From Deltaproteobacteria bacterium (lineage in GTDB: Bacteria; Myxococcota_A; UBA9160; PR03), in assembly GCA_035063765.1 (NCBI GenBank), contig JAPSFT010000018.1, forward strand, positions 4,593 to 68,592: a stretch of 64,000 nt of DNA, read 5' to 3'. The notes beneath the pieces are model-generated. The model did not search any database and had not been told where the DNA came from. It saw only the letters and a program-made list of their open reading frames with translations. The position numbers were made by a program, and so were the translations under genes. Below are positions 52,631 through 60,981 of the stretch, piece by piece. How positions within the stretch are numbered: the first letter of the stretch is position 1; every line of letters starts with the position of its first letter.

Positions 52631-53556
52631 AGCCGCTGCGCATCGCGACGCGCGCGAGCCAGCTCGCGCTGACGCAGACCGGCTGGGTCGCGCGCCGCAT
52701 CGAGGAGCGGCTCGGCGTCGCGACCGAGCTCGTGCCGCTGCGCACCACCGGCGACCGGCTCGCCGGCGTGTCGCTCGCGAAGGTCGGCGGCAAGGGCCTG
52801 TTCGTGAAGGAGCTCGAGGAGGCGCTCCTCGACGGGCGCGCCGACCTGGCGGTGCACAGCGCCAAGGACCTGCCGGCCCGCCTGCCGGAGGGGCTCGCGC
52901 TCGTGGCCTTCCCCGAGCGCGCCGACCCGCGGGACGCGCTCGCGGCCGGCGGGCGCTTCGCGAGCGTGGCGGCGCTCCCGGCCGGCGCGCGGGTCGGCAC
53001 GGGCAGCGCGCGACGCGCGGCACAGCTCCGGGCCTGGCGGCCGGAGCTCGAGATCGTGCCGCTGCGCGGCAACGTCCCGACCCGCCTCGAGCAGGTTGCC
53101 GGCGGCCGCCTCGACGCGGTGATCCTCGCCTGCGCCGGGCTCGAGCGGCTCGGGCTCGCCGACCGCATCGACGAGCGCATTGCGCCCGAGCGCCTGCTGC
53201 CGGCGATCGGGCAGGGTGTCCTCGCGATCGAGGCGCGGGCCGGGGGCGCCCTGGCCGGCGAGCTCGCAGCGCTAAGCGATCCCGCCAGCGCGCGCGCGCT
53301 CGCGGCCGAGCGCGCGCTGCTCGCCCGGCTCGAAGGCGACTGCAACGTTCCGCTCGCGGGCCATGCGCAGCCGCTCCCCGGCGGCCGGCTCCGGCTGCGC
53401 GCGCTGGTGGCGGCGCCCGAGGGTGCGCCCATCGTGCGCGCGGAGGGCGAGGGCGAGGAGCCGGAGGCGCTCGGGCGCCGCGTCGCGGACGCACTGCTCG
53501 CGGCCGGGGCGGAGGCGATCCTCGCCGCCTGCCGCGAGCCGGGAGCGGGGGGATGA
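52627..53556 (+). CDS. hemC: hydroxymethylbilane synthase (porphobilinogen deaminase)
   Basis: ATG 52627 (ATGA overlap). LRIATRASQLALTQT, TTGDRL, KGLFVKELEEALL, DLAVHSAKDLP and RGNVPTRL. Confidence 0.95.
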   Translation: MKPLRIATRASQLALTQTGWVARRIEERLGVATELVPLRTTGDRLAGVSLAKVGGKGLFVKELEEALLDGRADLAVHSAKDLPARLPEGLALVAFPERADPRDALAAGGRFASVAALPAGARVGTGSARRAAQLRAWRPELEIVPLRGNVPTRLEQVAGGRLDAVILACAGLERLGLADRIDERIAPERLLPAIGQGVLAIEARAGGALAGELAALSDPASARALAAERALLARLEGDCNVPLAGHAQPLPGGRLRLRALVAAPEGAPIVRAEGEGEEPEALGRRVADALLAAGAEAILAACREPGAGG

Positions 53557-55103
53557 GCAGTGGCCGCGTGCTGCTGGTCGGGGCCGGCCCCGGCGCCCCG
53601 GACCTGATCACGGTACGCGGCGCCGAAGCCTTGCGCGGCGCCGACGTCGTCGTCTACGACACGCTGGTCGCGCGCGAGCTGCTGGCCCTGGCGCCCGCCG
53701 GCGCCGAGCGGGTCGACGTCGGCAAGCGCGGGCACGAGGACCCGATCCGGAGCCAGGAGGAGATCCAGGCGCTGCTGGTCTCGCGCGCCCGCGCGGGCCG
53801 GGTGGTGGTGCGGCTCAAGGGCGGGGACCCGTTCGTCTTCGGCCGTGGCGCCGAGGAGGCGAGCGCCTGCCGGGCCGCGGGCGTACCCTTCGAGGTGATC
53901 CCCGGCGTGACCTCGGCCCTGTGCGCTCCCTCCTTTGCCGGCATCCCCGTCACCGACCGGCGTCACGGGTCCTCGTTCGCGGTGGTGACTGGCCACAAGG
54001 ACGCCACCCGGCCCTGGACCGCGATCCGCTGGGACCGGCTCGCGACTGCGGTGGACACCCTCGTCGTGCTGATGGGCATGCGCAACCTCGAGACGATCGT
54101 GGAGACGCTGATCACGGAAGGACGCGATGCGAGCACGCCCGCCGCGGTGGTGATGGAGGCGGCGACCGCGCGGCAGCGCGTCGTGACCGCCCCGCTCGGC
54201 GAGCTCGCCCCGCGCGTGCGCGCGGCCGGGCTGTCGGCGCCGGCCGTGGTCGTGATCGGGGAGGTCGTGCGGCTGCGCGAGGAGCTCGCCTGGTTCGAGG
54301 ACGCGCCGCTCTTCGGCCGCCGCGTGCTGGTGACGCGGCCCGCCGGGCAGGCCGGCGGCCTGGCCGCCCTCCTGCGCGCGGCGGGCGCCGAGCCGGTGTG
54401 CGTCCCGATGCTGCGCGTGCTCGCGACGCCGGACGGGGAGGGCGTGGCCGACGCGCTGGCCGCGCTCGCCCGCTACGACGCGCTCCTGTTCACGAGCGCG
54501 AACGCGGCTCGCCTCTTCGCGGCGCGGCTCGTCGCGGCAGGCCGTGAGCCGGCGCGCGCGCCGCGCGCGATCTGCGTGGGCACCGCCACCGCCGGAGCGG
54601 CGCGCCGCGTGGGCTTCCCCCGAGCGGAGGTCCCCGGCGAGCGCTTCGACGCCGTCTCGCTCCTGGCGGCGCTGCGCGGCGAGGCGGCGGGCCGCCGCTA
54701 CCTCTTCGTGCGCGGCGCGTCCGCCCGCAGCCTGCTGCCCGACGGGCTCCGCGCGGCGGGCGCGCAGGTGGACGAGGCGGTGATCTATCGCACCGCGCCC
54801 GCCGAGGTGGACGCGCCGGCCCTGCGCGGAGCGCTCGTGCGCGGCGAGCTCGACGCCCTGACCTTCACGAGCCCCGAGACGGCGCGCCGCTTCGTCGCGC
54901 TCCTCGACGAGCCGGCACGCCGTGCGGCGGCGGGCCTGCGGATCGGGGCGATCGGCGGGCCGACCGCGGAAGCGCTGCGGGAGTGCGGCCTGCCGCCGCA
55001 GGTCGAGGCCGCGCGGGCCGAGATGCGGGCGCTCGTGGACGCGCTGGCCGAGGACTTCGCCGGCCGGCGCGCCGGAGGGCACGAAACGGGAGATCGGCGA
55101 TGA
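53553..55103 (+). CDS. fused uroporphyrinogen-III C-methyltransferase / uroporphyrinogen-III synthase
   Basis: ATG 53553 (ATGA overlap). The N-terminal half is CobA/SUMT: [18 protein letters not shown]...[18 protein letters not shown]...IPGVTSA. The C-terminal half is HemD-like: [14 protein letters not shown]...LLFTSANAA...[10 protein letters not shown]. Confidence 0.9.
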   Translation: MSSGRVLLVGAGPGAPDLITVRGAEALRGADVVVYDTLVARELLALAPAGAERVDVGKRGHEDPIRSQEEIQALLVSRARAGRVVVRLKGGDPFVFGRGAEEASACRAAGVPFEVIPGVTSALCAPSFAGIPVTDRRHGSSFAVVTGHKDATRPWTAIRWDRLATAVDTLVVLMGMRNLETIVETLITEGRDASTPAAVVMEAATARQRVVTAPLGELAPRVRAAGLSAPAVVVIGEVVRLREELAWFEDAPLFGRRVLVTRPAGQAGGLAALLRAAGAEPVCVPMLRVLATPDGEGVADALAALARYDALLFTSANAARLFAARLVAAGREPARAPRAICVGTATAGAARRVGFPRAEVPGERFDAVSLLAALRGEAAGRRYLFVRGASARSLLPDGLRAAGAQVDEAVIYRTAPAEVDAPALRGALVRGELDALTFTSPETARRFVALLDEPARRAAAGLRIGAIGGPTAEALRECGLPPQVEAARAEMRALVDALAEDFAGRRAGGHETGDRR

Positions 55104-56074
55104 GCTTTCCCTCCGTCCGGATGCGACGCCTGCGCCGCAGCGAATCGCTGCGCCGGCTGGCGCGCGAGACGCGCCTCGGCCGCGACGACCTCGTGCTGCC
55201 GCTCTTCGCGGTGGAGGGCCGGGGCGTGCGCGAGCCGGTCGCCTCGATGCCCGGCGTCGAGCGGCTCTCCGCCGACCTGCTGGGCGAGGAGTGCAAGCGC
55301 GTAGCCGACCTCGGCATTCCGGCGGTGATCCTGTTCGGGATCCCGGCGGCGAAGGACGCGCGCGGCTCGGGCGCGGACGACCCGCTCGGGATCGTGCAGC
55401 GTGCCGTCGCGGCCGCCAAGCGCGCGGTGCCCGAGCTGTGCGTGATCACCGACGTCTGCCTGTGCGAGTACACCGACCACGGCCACTGCGGCGTGCTCGA
55501 GGGCGAGGAGGTCGCGAACGACCCGAGCCTCGAACGGCTCGCCGCGACCGCGCTCTCGCACGCCCGCGCCGGCGCCGACGTGGTGGCGCCCTCGGACATG
55601 ATGGACGGACGGGTGGCGGCGATCCGGCGCGTCCTCGACGCGGGCGGCTTCGCGGACGTGCCGATCCTCGCCTACGCGGCCAAGTACGCAAGCGCCTTCT
55701 ACGGCCCGTTCCGCGAGGCCGCCGAGAGCACGCCGGCCTTCGGGGACCGACGCGGCTACCAGATGGATCCACCGAACCGCCGCGAGGCGCTGCGCGAGAT
55801 GGCGCTCGATCTCGAGGAGGGCGCCGACGTCCTGATGGTGAAGCCCGCGCTGCCCTATCTCGACGTGCTGGCAGAGGCGCGCCGTCGCTTCGACGTACCG
55901 CTCGCCGCGTACCACGTCTCGGGTGAGTACGCGATGCTGATGGCAGCAGCAGCCCGCGGCTGGCTCGACGGCCCGCGCGCAATGCTGGAGACGCTGGTCG
56001 CGATCAAGCGCGCCGGCGCGGACTTCATCCTGACCTACGCCGCGCGCGAGATCGCCGCGCGGCTCACGCCCTGA
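55100..56074 (+). CDS. hemB: porphobilinogen synthase (delta-aminolevulinate dehydratase)
   Basis: ATG 55100 (ATGA overlap). [34 protein letters not shown] (Cys-rich zinc site), [10 protein letters not shown] and [11 protein letters not shown]. Confidence 0.95.
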   Translation: MSFPSVRMRRLRRSESLRRLARETRLGRDDLVLPLFAVEGRGVREPVASMPGVERLSADLLGEECKRVADLGIPAVILFGIPAAKDARGSGADDPLGIVQRAVAAAKRAVPELCVITDVCLCEYTDHGHCGVLEGEEVANDPSLERLAATALSHARAGADVVAPSDMMDGRVAAIRRVLDAGGFADVPILAYAAKYASAFYGPFREAAESTPAFGDRRGYQMDPPNRREALREMALDLEEGADVLMVKPALPYLDVLAEARRRFDVPLAAYHVSGEYAMLMAAAARGWLDGPRAMLETLVAIKRAGADFILTYAAREIAARLTP

Positions 56075-56097
56075 GCGGCGGGGCCGGGAGCAGCGCC

Positions 56098-56277
56098 TTG
56101 CGCTACAAGGTCGTCGAGTGCAGCTCGCCCACGGACGAGGAGCTCGAGCGCATCCTGAACGAGTGGGCCGCCCAGGGCTGGCGCTTCGAGGGCTACCACT
56201 TCGCGATGCGCGAGTCCTCCAAGCGGCCGGCGATGGCCTTCGTCACCTTCTCGCGAGACGACGAGGGCGGCGGCTGA
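56098..56277 (+). CDS. small DUF4177-like protein (59 aa)
   Basis: Absent from the ORF track, probably for being too short. My translation from TTG 56098: (M)RYKVVECSSPTDEELERILNEWAAQGWRFEGYHFAMRESSKRPAMAFVTFSRDDEGGG. Almost every third codon position is G/C. The YKVV...LN..a.qGW pattern recalls DUF4177. Confidence 0.5.
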   Translation: MRYKVVECSSPTDEELERILNEWAAQGWRFEGYHFAMRESSKRPAMAFVTFSRDDEGGG

Positions 56278-56295
56278 CGCGCTGCCGGAGCCGGC

Positions 56296-57219
56296 TCACA
56301 GGCGGGGCAGCACGTCGCCCGCGAGCCGCTCGAGCGAGGCGCGCCGCTCGCGCTCGTCGCTGCGCGCGGCGCCGCGTACCACGAGGAGATCGACCCCCAG
56401 CCGCTCGCGATAGCGGGCGATGGTGTCGGCCACCTCGGCGGCCTCCCCGACGATCGTGCGCTCCGCCGCGGACCCGGAGGCCGCGCCGGCGAGGACGCCC
56501 GTGCTGCGCGCAGCGAGCGCGGCGAACTCCGCATCGGCGGCCTCCCGCACCCGGCGCGCCTCGGCGCCGTCGGCGGCGACGTGGACGGTCCGCATCACCG
56601 CGACGGGCGGCACCGGCGCTCCCGGCGGCAGCAGCTCCGTGTGGCGGGCGTAGTTGCGCTCGAGCGCGGCCAGGCTCTCGAGCGGGGAGGCCAGGTAGGG
56701 AAGCCCGCGGCGGGCCGCCTGCGCGAGACCCTTCGGGCCGAAGGCGGCGACGAAGAGCGGCGGGTGCGGGCGCTGCAGGGGGCGCGGCGCGCCGTCGCCC
56801 GCGTCGCGCCAGGCGTGCAGGATCGTGTCGAGGGCGTCCTCGAAGCGGTCGCGCTTGGTGCGCGGCTCGACGCCGAAGGCCCGCAGCATCGCCGGCTCGA
56901 AGCCGCGGCCGAGCCCGAGCACGACGCGGCCCCCCGAGAGCTGGTCGAGCGCTGCCACCTCGGCAGCGACCCGGAGCGGGTCGTGGATCGAGAGCAGGAG
57001 CGAGGTGGTGGCGAGCCGGATCCGCCCGGTGTGCATGGCGAAGGCCGCGAGCCCGAGCAGCGGGGAGGCCGGCGCGCCGCGGCGCAGATGGCCCTCGGGC
57101 AACCAGAGCGAATCGAGTCCCACCCGGTCGGCCCACGCCGCGAGCGCGCACGCTCGCGCCCAGCCGCGCGCATCGGCGGGGCCGCCGAGCGCGAGGCCGA
57201 GCGCGAGCGGAGGTCGCAC
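56296..57219 (-). CDS. LLM-class (luciferase-like) flavin/F420-dependent oxidoreductase
   Basis: GLDSLWLPEGH..., ATTSLLLSIHDPLRVAAEVAALDQLSGGRVVLGLGRG; 307 aa. Confidence 0.8.
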   Translation of the reverse strand: MRPPLALGLALGGPADARGWARACALAAWADRVGLDSLWLPEGHLRRGAPASPLLGLAAFAMHTGRIRLATTSLLLSIHDPLRVAAEVAALDQLSGGRVVLGLGRGFEPAMLRAFGVEPRTKRDRFEDALDTILHAWRDAGDGAPRPLQRPHPPLFVAAFGPKGLAQAARRGLPYLASPLESLAALERNYARHTELLPPGAPVPPVAVMRTVHVAADGAEARRVREAADAEFAALAARSTGVLAGAASGSAAERTIVGEAAEVADTIARYRERLGVDLLVVRGAARSDERERRASLERLAGDVLPRL

Positions 57220-57226
57220 CCGCGGC

Positions 57227-58564
57227 CTAACGCGACACCGCGCCGGTCATGTAGGGGAAGACGATCGACAGCGGGTCGACGCGGCTCTCGAGGGAGCGCG
57301 CCACGCCCGAGAGCAGCCCCAGGGTGCGCGCCAACAGCACCACGTGGCTCGGCACCCGGACCAGCGGGTCGTCGCGCATCTGCTCGACCAGTCGCTCGCC
57401 GATCCGCTCCATGGCCTCCGGCCCGAGCGAGCCCGACGCCGACAGCTCGCGCAGCATCTCGAGGCCGACGCGCGCAAGCGTCGCCAGGGAGGCGAGCGAG
57501 CCGTCGCGCGTCACGAAGCCCAGATCGTCGAGGGACCAGGCGATGGCGTCGGGATCGCGTTGCAGGACGGCGGCCAGCAGCACCAGCAGGTCCTCGCGGA
57601 ACGAGCCCGGCAGCTCCTTGGCGAGGCCGAAGTCGAGCAGCACGAGACGCGCGCCACCGGCACCGTCGGGTTCGACCAGCAGGTTGCCCGGGTGGGGATC
57701 GGCCTGGAAGAAGCCGTCCACCAGCACCTGCCGGCACCAGGCCTCGACGAGCGTACGCACCACCGCATCGGGGTCGATCCCGGCGGCGGTGAGCGCCAGC
57801 CGGTCGGTGACCTTCACGCCGTCCACGTACTCCATCACCAGCACGCGCCCGGTGGTCCACTCGGGATGGATGCGCGGCACACGCACGTCGCGGCAGCCGG
57901 CGAAGAGCGCTGCCACCCGCTCTGCGTTGCGCGCCTCGGTCAGGAAGTCGAGCTCGGCCGGCAGGTAGCGGCCCAGCTCGTCGACGATCGGCATCAGGTC
58001 GAGGTCGCGCTCCAGCCAGCCGATCGCCCGGAACAGCGCGCGCAGGTTCGAGAGGTCGCTGCGGACCAGGTCGGCGATCTCGGGATACTGCACCTTCACC
58101 GCGACCCGCGTGCCGTCGTGGAGCACCGCCTCGTGCACCTGCGCGAGCGAGGCCGACGCCACCGGCTGTGGCGAGAAGCGCCGGAAGACGGACTCGAGCG
58201 GGTGGCCGAGCTCGTGCTCGACCACGCGCCGGATCACGGGCAGCGAACGCGGCGGCACCCGGTCCTGCAGGCGCGCGAGCACCTCGACCCACTCGCGCGG
58301 GAGCAGGTCGGCGCGCGCGCCGAGGTACTGGCAGCCCTTCAGCACCAGGCCGCGCAGGTCCACGGCGGTCTGGTAGACGCTCTCGGCGCTGTCGCGGTGG
58401 AAGCGCCGCCAGCGCTGGCGCATCTGCTCGCGCGGCAGGCCCCGGGCGAGCACCTGGTTCGTCTTGATGCCGAGGTACACGCGCCCGACCGTGACCCCGA
58501 GCCGGCGCGCCCGCTCGATGCGTTCCACCGCTCCGAGGGTTGCCGCCGCGCCCGGCTTCGCCAT
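57227..58564 (-). CDS. ABC1/UbiB-family atypical kinase
   Basis: FSPQPVASASLAQVHEAVLHDGTRVAVKVQYPEI, MEYVDGVK and FFQADPHPGNLLV. Confidence 0.85.
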   Translation of the reverse strand: MAKPGAAATLGAVERIERARRLGVTVGRVYLGIKTNQVLARGLPREQMRQRWRRFHRDSAESVYQTAVDLRGLVLKGCQYLGARADLLPREWVEVLARLQDRVPPRSLPVIRRVVEHELGHPLESVFRRFSPQPVASASLAQVHEAVLHDGTRVAVKVQYPEIADLVRSDLSNLRALFRAIGWLERDLDLMPIVDELGRYLPAELDFLTEARNAERVAALFAGCRDVRVPRIHPEWTTGRVLVMEYVDGVKVTDRLALTAAGIDPDAVVRTLVEAWCRQVLVDGFFQADPHPGNLLVEPDGAGGARLVLLDFGLAKELPGSFREDLLVLLAAVLQRDPDAIAWSLDDLGFVTRDGSLASLATLARVGLEMLRELSASGSLGPEAMERIGERLVEQMRDDPLVRVPSHVVLLARTLGLLSGVARSLESRVDPLSIVFPYMTGAVSR

Positions 58565-58573
58565 GCGACGAGG

Positions 58574-59944
58574 CTACCAGAGCTCGGGAGGCGCGGAGGG
58601 GCAGGACCAGGCGCCGGCCATCGCCTCGTCCTCCGCCTCGCCCGGCGCCGGCGCGTCCTCGTCGAGCTCTTCGTCTTCGTAGGGCGGGTTGTAGGCGCAC
58701 TGCACCCAGCGCGGAGCAGGGAACTCGAGCAGGTAGCTGGTGCCGAAGGCCTGGTAGGTGAAGCTCGTGCCGTTGCCGAACAGGCCGAAGCCGAGCCGGG
58801 GCCTCGGCACCGCCTCGAGGTCCTTGCTCGCGACGAGCGCCTCGAGCGTCTCGGGATAGATCTGCTCGCGCTCGTAGTAGCGGGCCAGGGCGTCGATCAC
58901 GCGCTGGGCCTGGACCTCGCGGTTGCGCGTGTAGTCGACGCGCGCCCAGGCCTGTCCGACCAGCAGGGGGAGGCCGAGCAGGACGGCGGCCGTCCCGAGG
59001 ATGCGGGCCCGCCCGAGGAGCCGATCCGACCCGCCCGCGACCGGTCCCGGCCGCGCCAGCCCCCGGGATCCCGGCCGGGCCCGCGCAGCGGTCGCCAGCG
59101 CCAGCGCGCACAGGACCGTCGCCACCAGGAAGCCCCGTCCTCCGGACCGGAAGGGAAGGAAACCCTGTCCGCCGAGGGCGAGCCAGGCGGCCGGCAGGGC
59201 GAGCCCGAGCGCGAGCGCCAGGATGCCGAGCGGCACCTCGAGGCCGAGCGCGCCCCGGCCGCGCCGCAGCAGGGCGAGCCCGCCGAGCCCGAGCGCGGTG
59301 CCGGCGAGCAGCGAGGCCACGATCGTGCCGACCACCTCGAGGCCGAAGACCTGCACCACGGGCCACGGCGAGAGCGCGAAGGGCAGCCGCTCGTTCGTAC
59401 CCGTGACGCCGCGCTCGATCGCGACCACGCCGAGCGCGATCGGCAGGAAGGTGGCGAGGCGCAGCGGCCACGACAGCCGCAGCCAGCTCGCCGCGAGCCA
59501 CGGCGAGGTCAGCGCGACGCCGGCGACGGCGGAGATCGCGAGCAGGGAGGCCGACATCCGCCAGTGGAACAGCGTCCAGGCCACGCGGGCGATCTCCGAG
59601 CCGAACGCGTAGAGCAGGAAGGCGGCGGCGGCGATCGCCGAGGTCGTCGCGGCGGCGCGGACCAGCGCCGAGCGCGTCGTGGCCCAGCAGGCCGCCAGGA
59701 GCAGCAGGGCGGGTGTCCCGAACGCGAGCAAGCCCTTCCACCGCTCGGTGACCAGCGACTCGAGCGGCGTGCCGAGCAGGGCGCGCGTCACGAAGCCGGT
59801 CGGGGAGTACCACTCGGCACCGAGCTCCGGCCGCGGCCCGAGCCCGTGGTGGATGAGCGCCGTCCACCCGAGCGAGGCGAGCAGCAGGGCGAAGCCGGCC
59901 GCGCGCCGCGCCAGCGCCGGCCTCGCCCGCCCCGGCGCGCTCAT
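58574..59944 (-). CDS. hypothetical polytopic membrane protein with soluble Cys-containing acidic C-terminal domain
   Basis: C-terminal part of track ORF 58574..62002 from ATG 59944 (MSAPGRARPALARRAAGFALLLASLGW). About 10 hydrophobic segments. The C-terminal ~110 aa (VIDALARYYEREQIYPETLEALV...CAYNPPYEDEELDED...WSCP) show no motif I can name with confidence. Confidence 0.55.
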   Translation of the reverse strand: MSAPGRARPALARRAAGFALLLASLGWTALIHHGLGPRPELGAEWYSPTGFVTRALLGTPLESLVTERWKGLLAFGTPALLLLAACWATTRSALVRAAATTSAIAAAAFLLYAFGSEIARVAWTLFHWRMSASLLAISAVAGVALTSPWLAASWLRLSWPLRLATFLPIALGVVAIERGVTGTNERLPFALSPWPVVQVFGLEVVGTIVASLLAGTALGLGGLALLRRGRGALGLEVPLGILALALGLALPAAWLALGGQGFLPFRSGGRGFLVATVLCALALATAARARPGSRGLARPGPVAGGSDRLLGRARILGTAAVLLGLPLLVGQAWARVDYTRNREVQAQRVIDALARYYEREQIYPETLEALVASKDLEAVPRPRLGFGLFGNGTSFTYQAFGTSYLLEFPAPRWVQCAYNPPYEDEELDEDAPAPGEAEDEAMAGAWSCPSAPPELW

Positions 59945-60402
59945 GGCCCTTCCTCGTCGTCGGCGATCGCGATGCGCAGCGAGTGCCGGCGTGCCGTTTC
60001 CCCGGCGTCGTCGGGAGCGGCGCCCTTGCGCGGGACGAAGCGGATCCGTGCCGTCACCTCGACGGCGTGGCCGCGCAGCAGCCGCTCGGCCAGGGAGGGC
60101 AGGTCGATCCCGTCGAGGGTGCGCCCGATCTCGCCCGCCACGCGGTCGATCAGCTCGCGGCGCGTCCGCTCGCTCTGGGCGGCAGCGAAGTCCACCCAGT
60201 CCCGCGGAAGCGTCTCGCCGAGCGCCTTGCGCACCACCTCCTCGGTCAGGAACAGGCCCGAGAAGCCGAGGCCGACCACCCGCCGCAGCAGGTCGGGCAC
60301 GCGCCCCGCGGCCTCGGGGCGGGGTGAGCCTGCCTCGGCGTCCTCCGCCGGGCGCGGTGCGTTCGGGCGCCGCCCCGTTCCTTTCCCTCGCGGAGCGCTC
60401 AT
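59941..60402 (-). CDS. hypothetical protein (153 aa)
   Basis: ORF 59941..60402; its stop overlaps the downstream ATG (ATGA). Basic/Pro-rich N-terminus, then VVGLGFSGLFLTEEVVRKALGETLPRDWVDFAAAQSERTRRELIDRV. No family recognised. Confidence 0.5.
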   Translation of the reverse strand: MSAPRGKGTGRRPNAPRPAEDAEAGSPRPEAAGRVPDLLRRVVGLGFSGLFLTEEVVRKALGETLPRDWVDFAAAQSERTRRELIDRVAGEIGRTLDGIDLPSLAERLLRGHAVEVTARIRFVPRKGAAPDDAGETARRHSLRIAIADDEEGP

Positions 60403-60468
60403 CGAGTAGACTGCCTCCTGGATGGGATCCCGGTCCGGTCGCCGGAGGATCCTCGCCGTCGACCGTCA

Positions 60469-60494
60469 GACTCCGATCGCTGGACTCCGATCGC
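60469..60494 (+). repeat. tandem 12-bp direct repeat GACTCCGATCGC (14-bp period) in a divergent promoter region
   Basis: GACTCCGATCGC-tg-GACTCCGATCGC read directly, ending 20 nt upstream of ATG 60515. Each unit contains the palindrome CGATCG. Confidence 0.75.
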
Positions 60495-60514
60495 CGGGGC
60501 CGGCTCGAGGAACC

Positions 60515-60976
60515 ATGACTCGCGAGACGTCCCCCGCGACCCTGAGCACGACGACGCGCGTCCGCGACATCATGCAGACGAAGATCGTCACGATCGGTGT
60601 GACGGAACGCCTGTCGACGGTCGAGGATATCATGACGCTCGGACGGGTGCGCCACATGCCCGTGGTGCACGGCGGCCGGCTGGTCGGGGTGCTCTCGCAG
60701 CGCGATCTGCTCCGGACCTCGCTCTCCGAGCTCGGCTCCTACGGCAGCGAGGCCCGGCGCGCCTTCCTGCACGCGATCGAGATCGAGGGGGTGATGTCGG
60801 CCCCGCCGATCGTGATCGACCCGGATGCCTCGGTCCAGCTCGCGGCGCGGCTGATGGCGGACCACAAGGTGGGCTGCCTGCCGGTCGTCGACGGCGAGGA
60901 GCTCGTGGGGCTCGTCACCGAGACCGACGTGCTCTGCTGGGTCGCGGGCGTGTCGCCCGACCCGGCCGGAAGCTGA
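60515..60976 (+). CDS. CBS-domain pair protein
   Basis: ORF 60422..60976 trimmed to ATG 60515. There are two CBS repeats: VRDIMQTKIVTIGVTERLSTVEDIM...RHMPVVHGGRLVGVLSQRDLL and GVMSAPPIVIDPDASVQLAARLMADHKVGCLPVVDGEELVGLVTETDVL. Confidence 0.85.
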   Translation: MTRETSPATLSTTTRVRDIMQTKIVTIGVTERLSTVEDIMTLGRVRHMPVVHGGRLVGVLSQRDLLRTSLSELGSYGSEARRAFLHAIEIEGVMSAPPIVIDPDASVQLAARLMADHKVGCLPVVDGEELVGLVTETDVLCWVAGVSPDPAGS

Positions 60977-60981
60977 GGTCG

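Noticed and set aside
56595-60409. A 1090-aa ORF (56595..59867, -), a 1194-aa ORF (56825..60409, +) and the upstream part of 58574..62002.
   Set aside because: These are off-frame or antisense to the LLM oxidoreductase, UbiB kinase, membrane protein and CBS protein genes, and have low-complexity composition.
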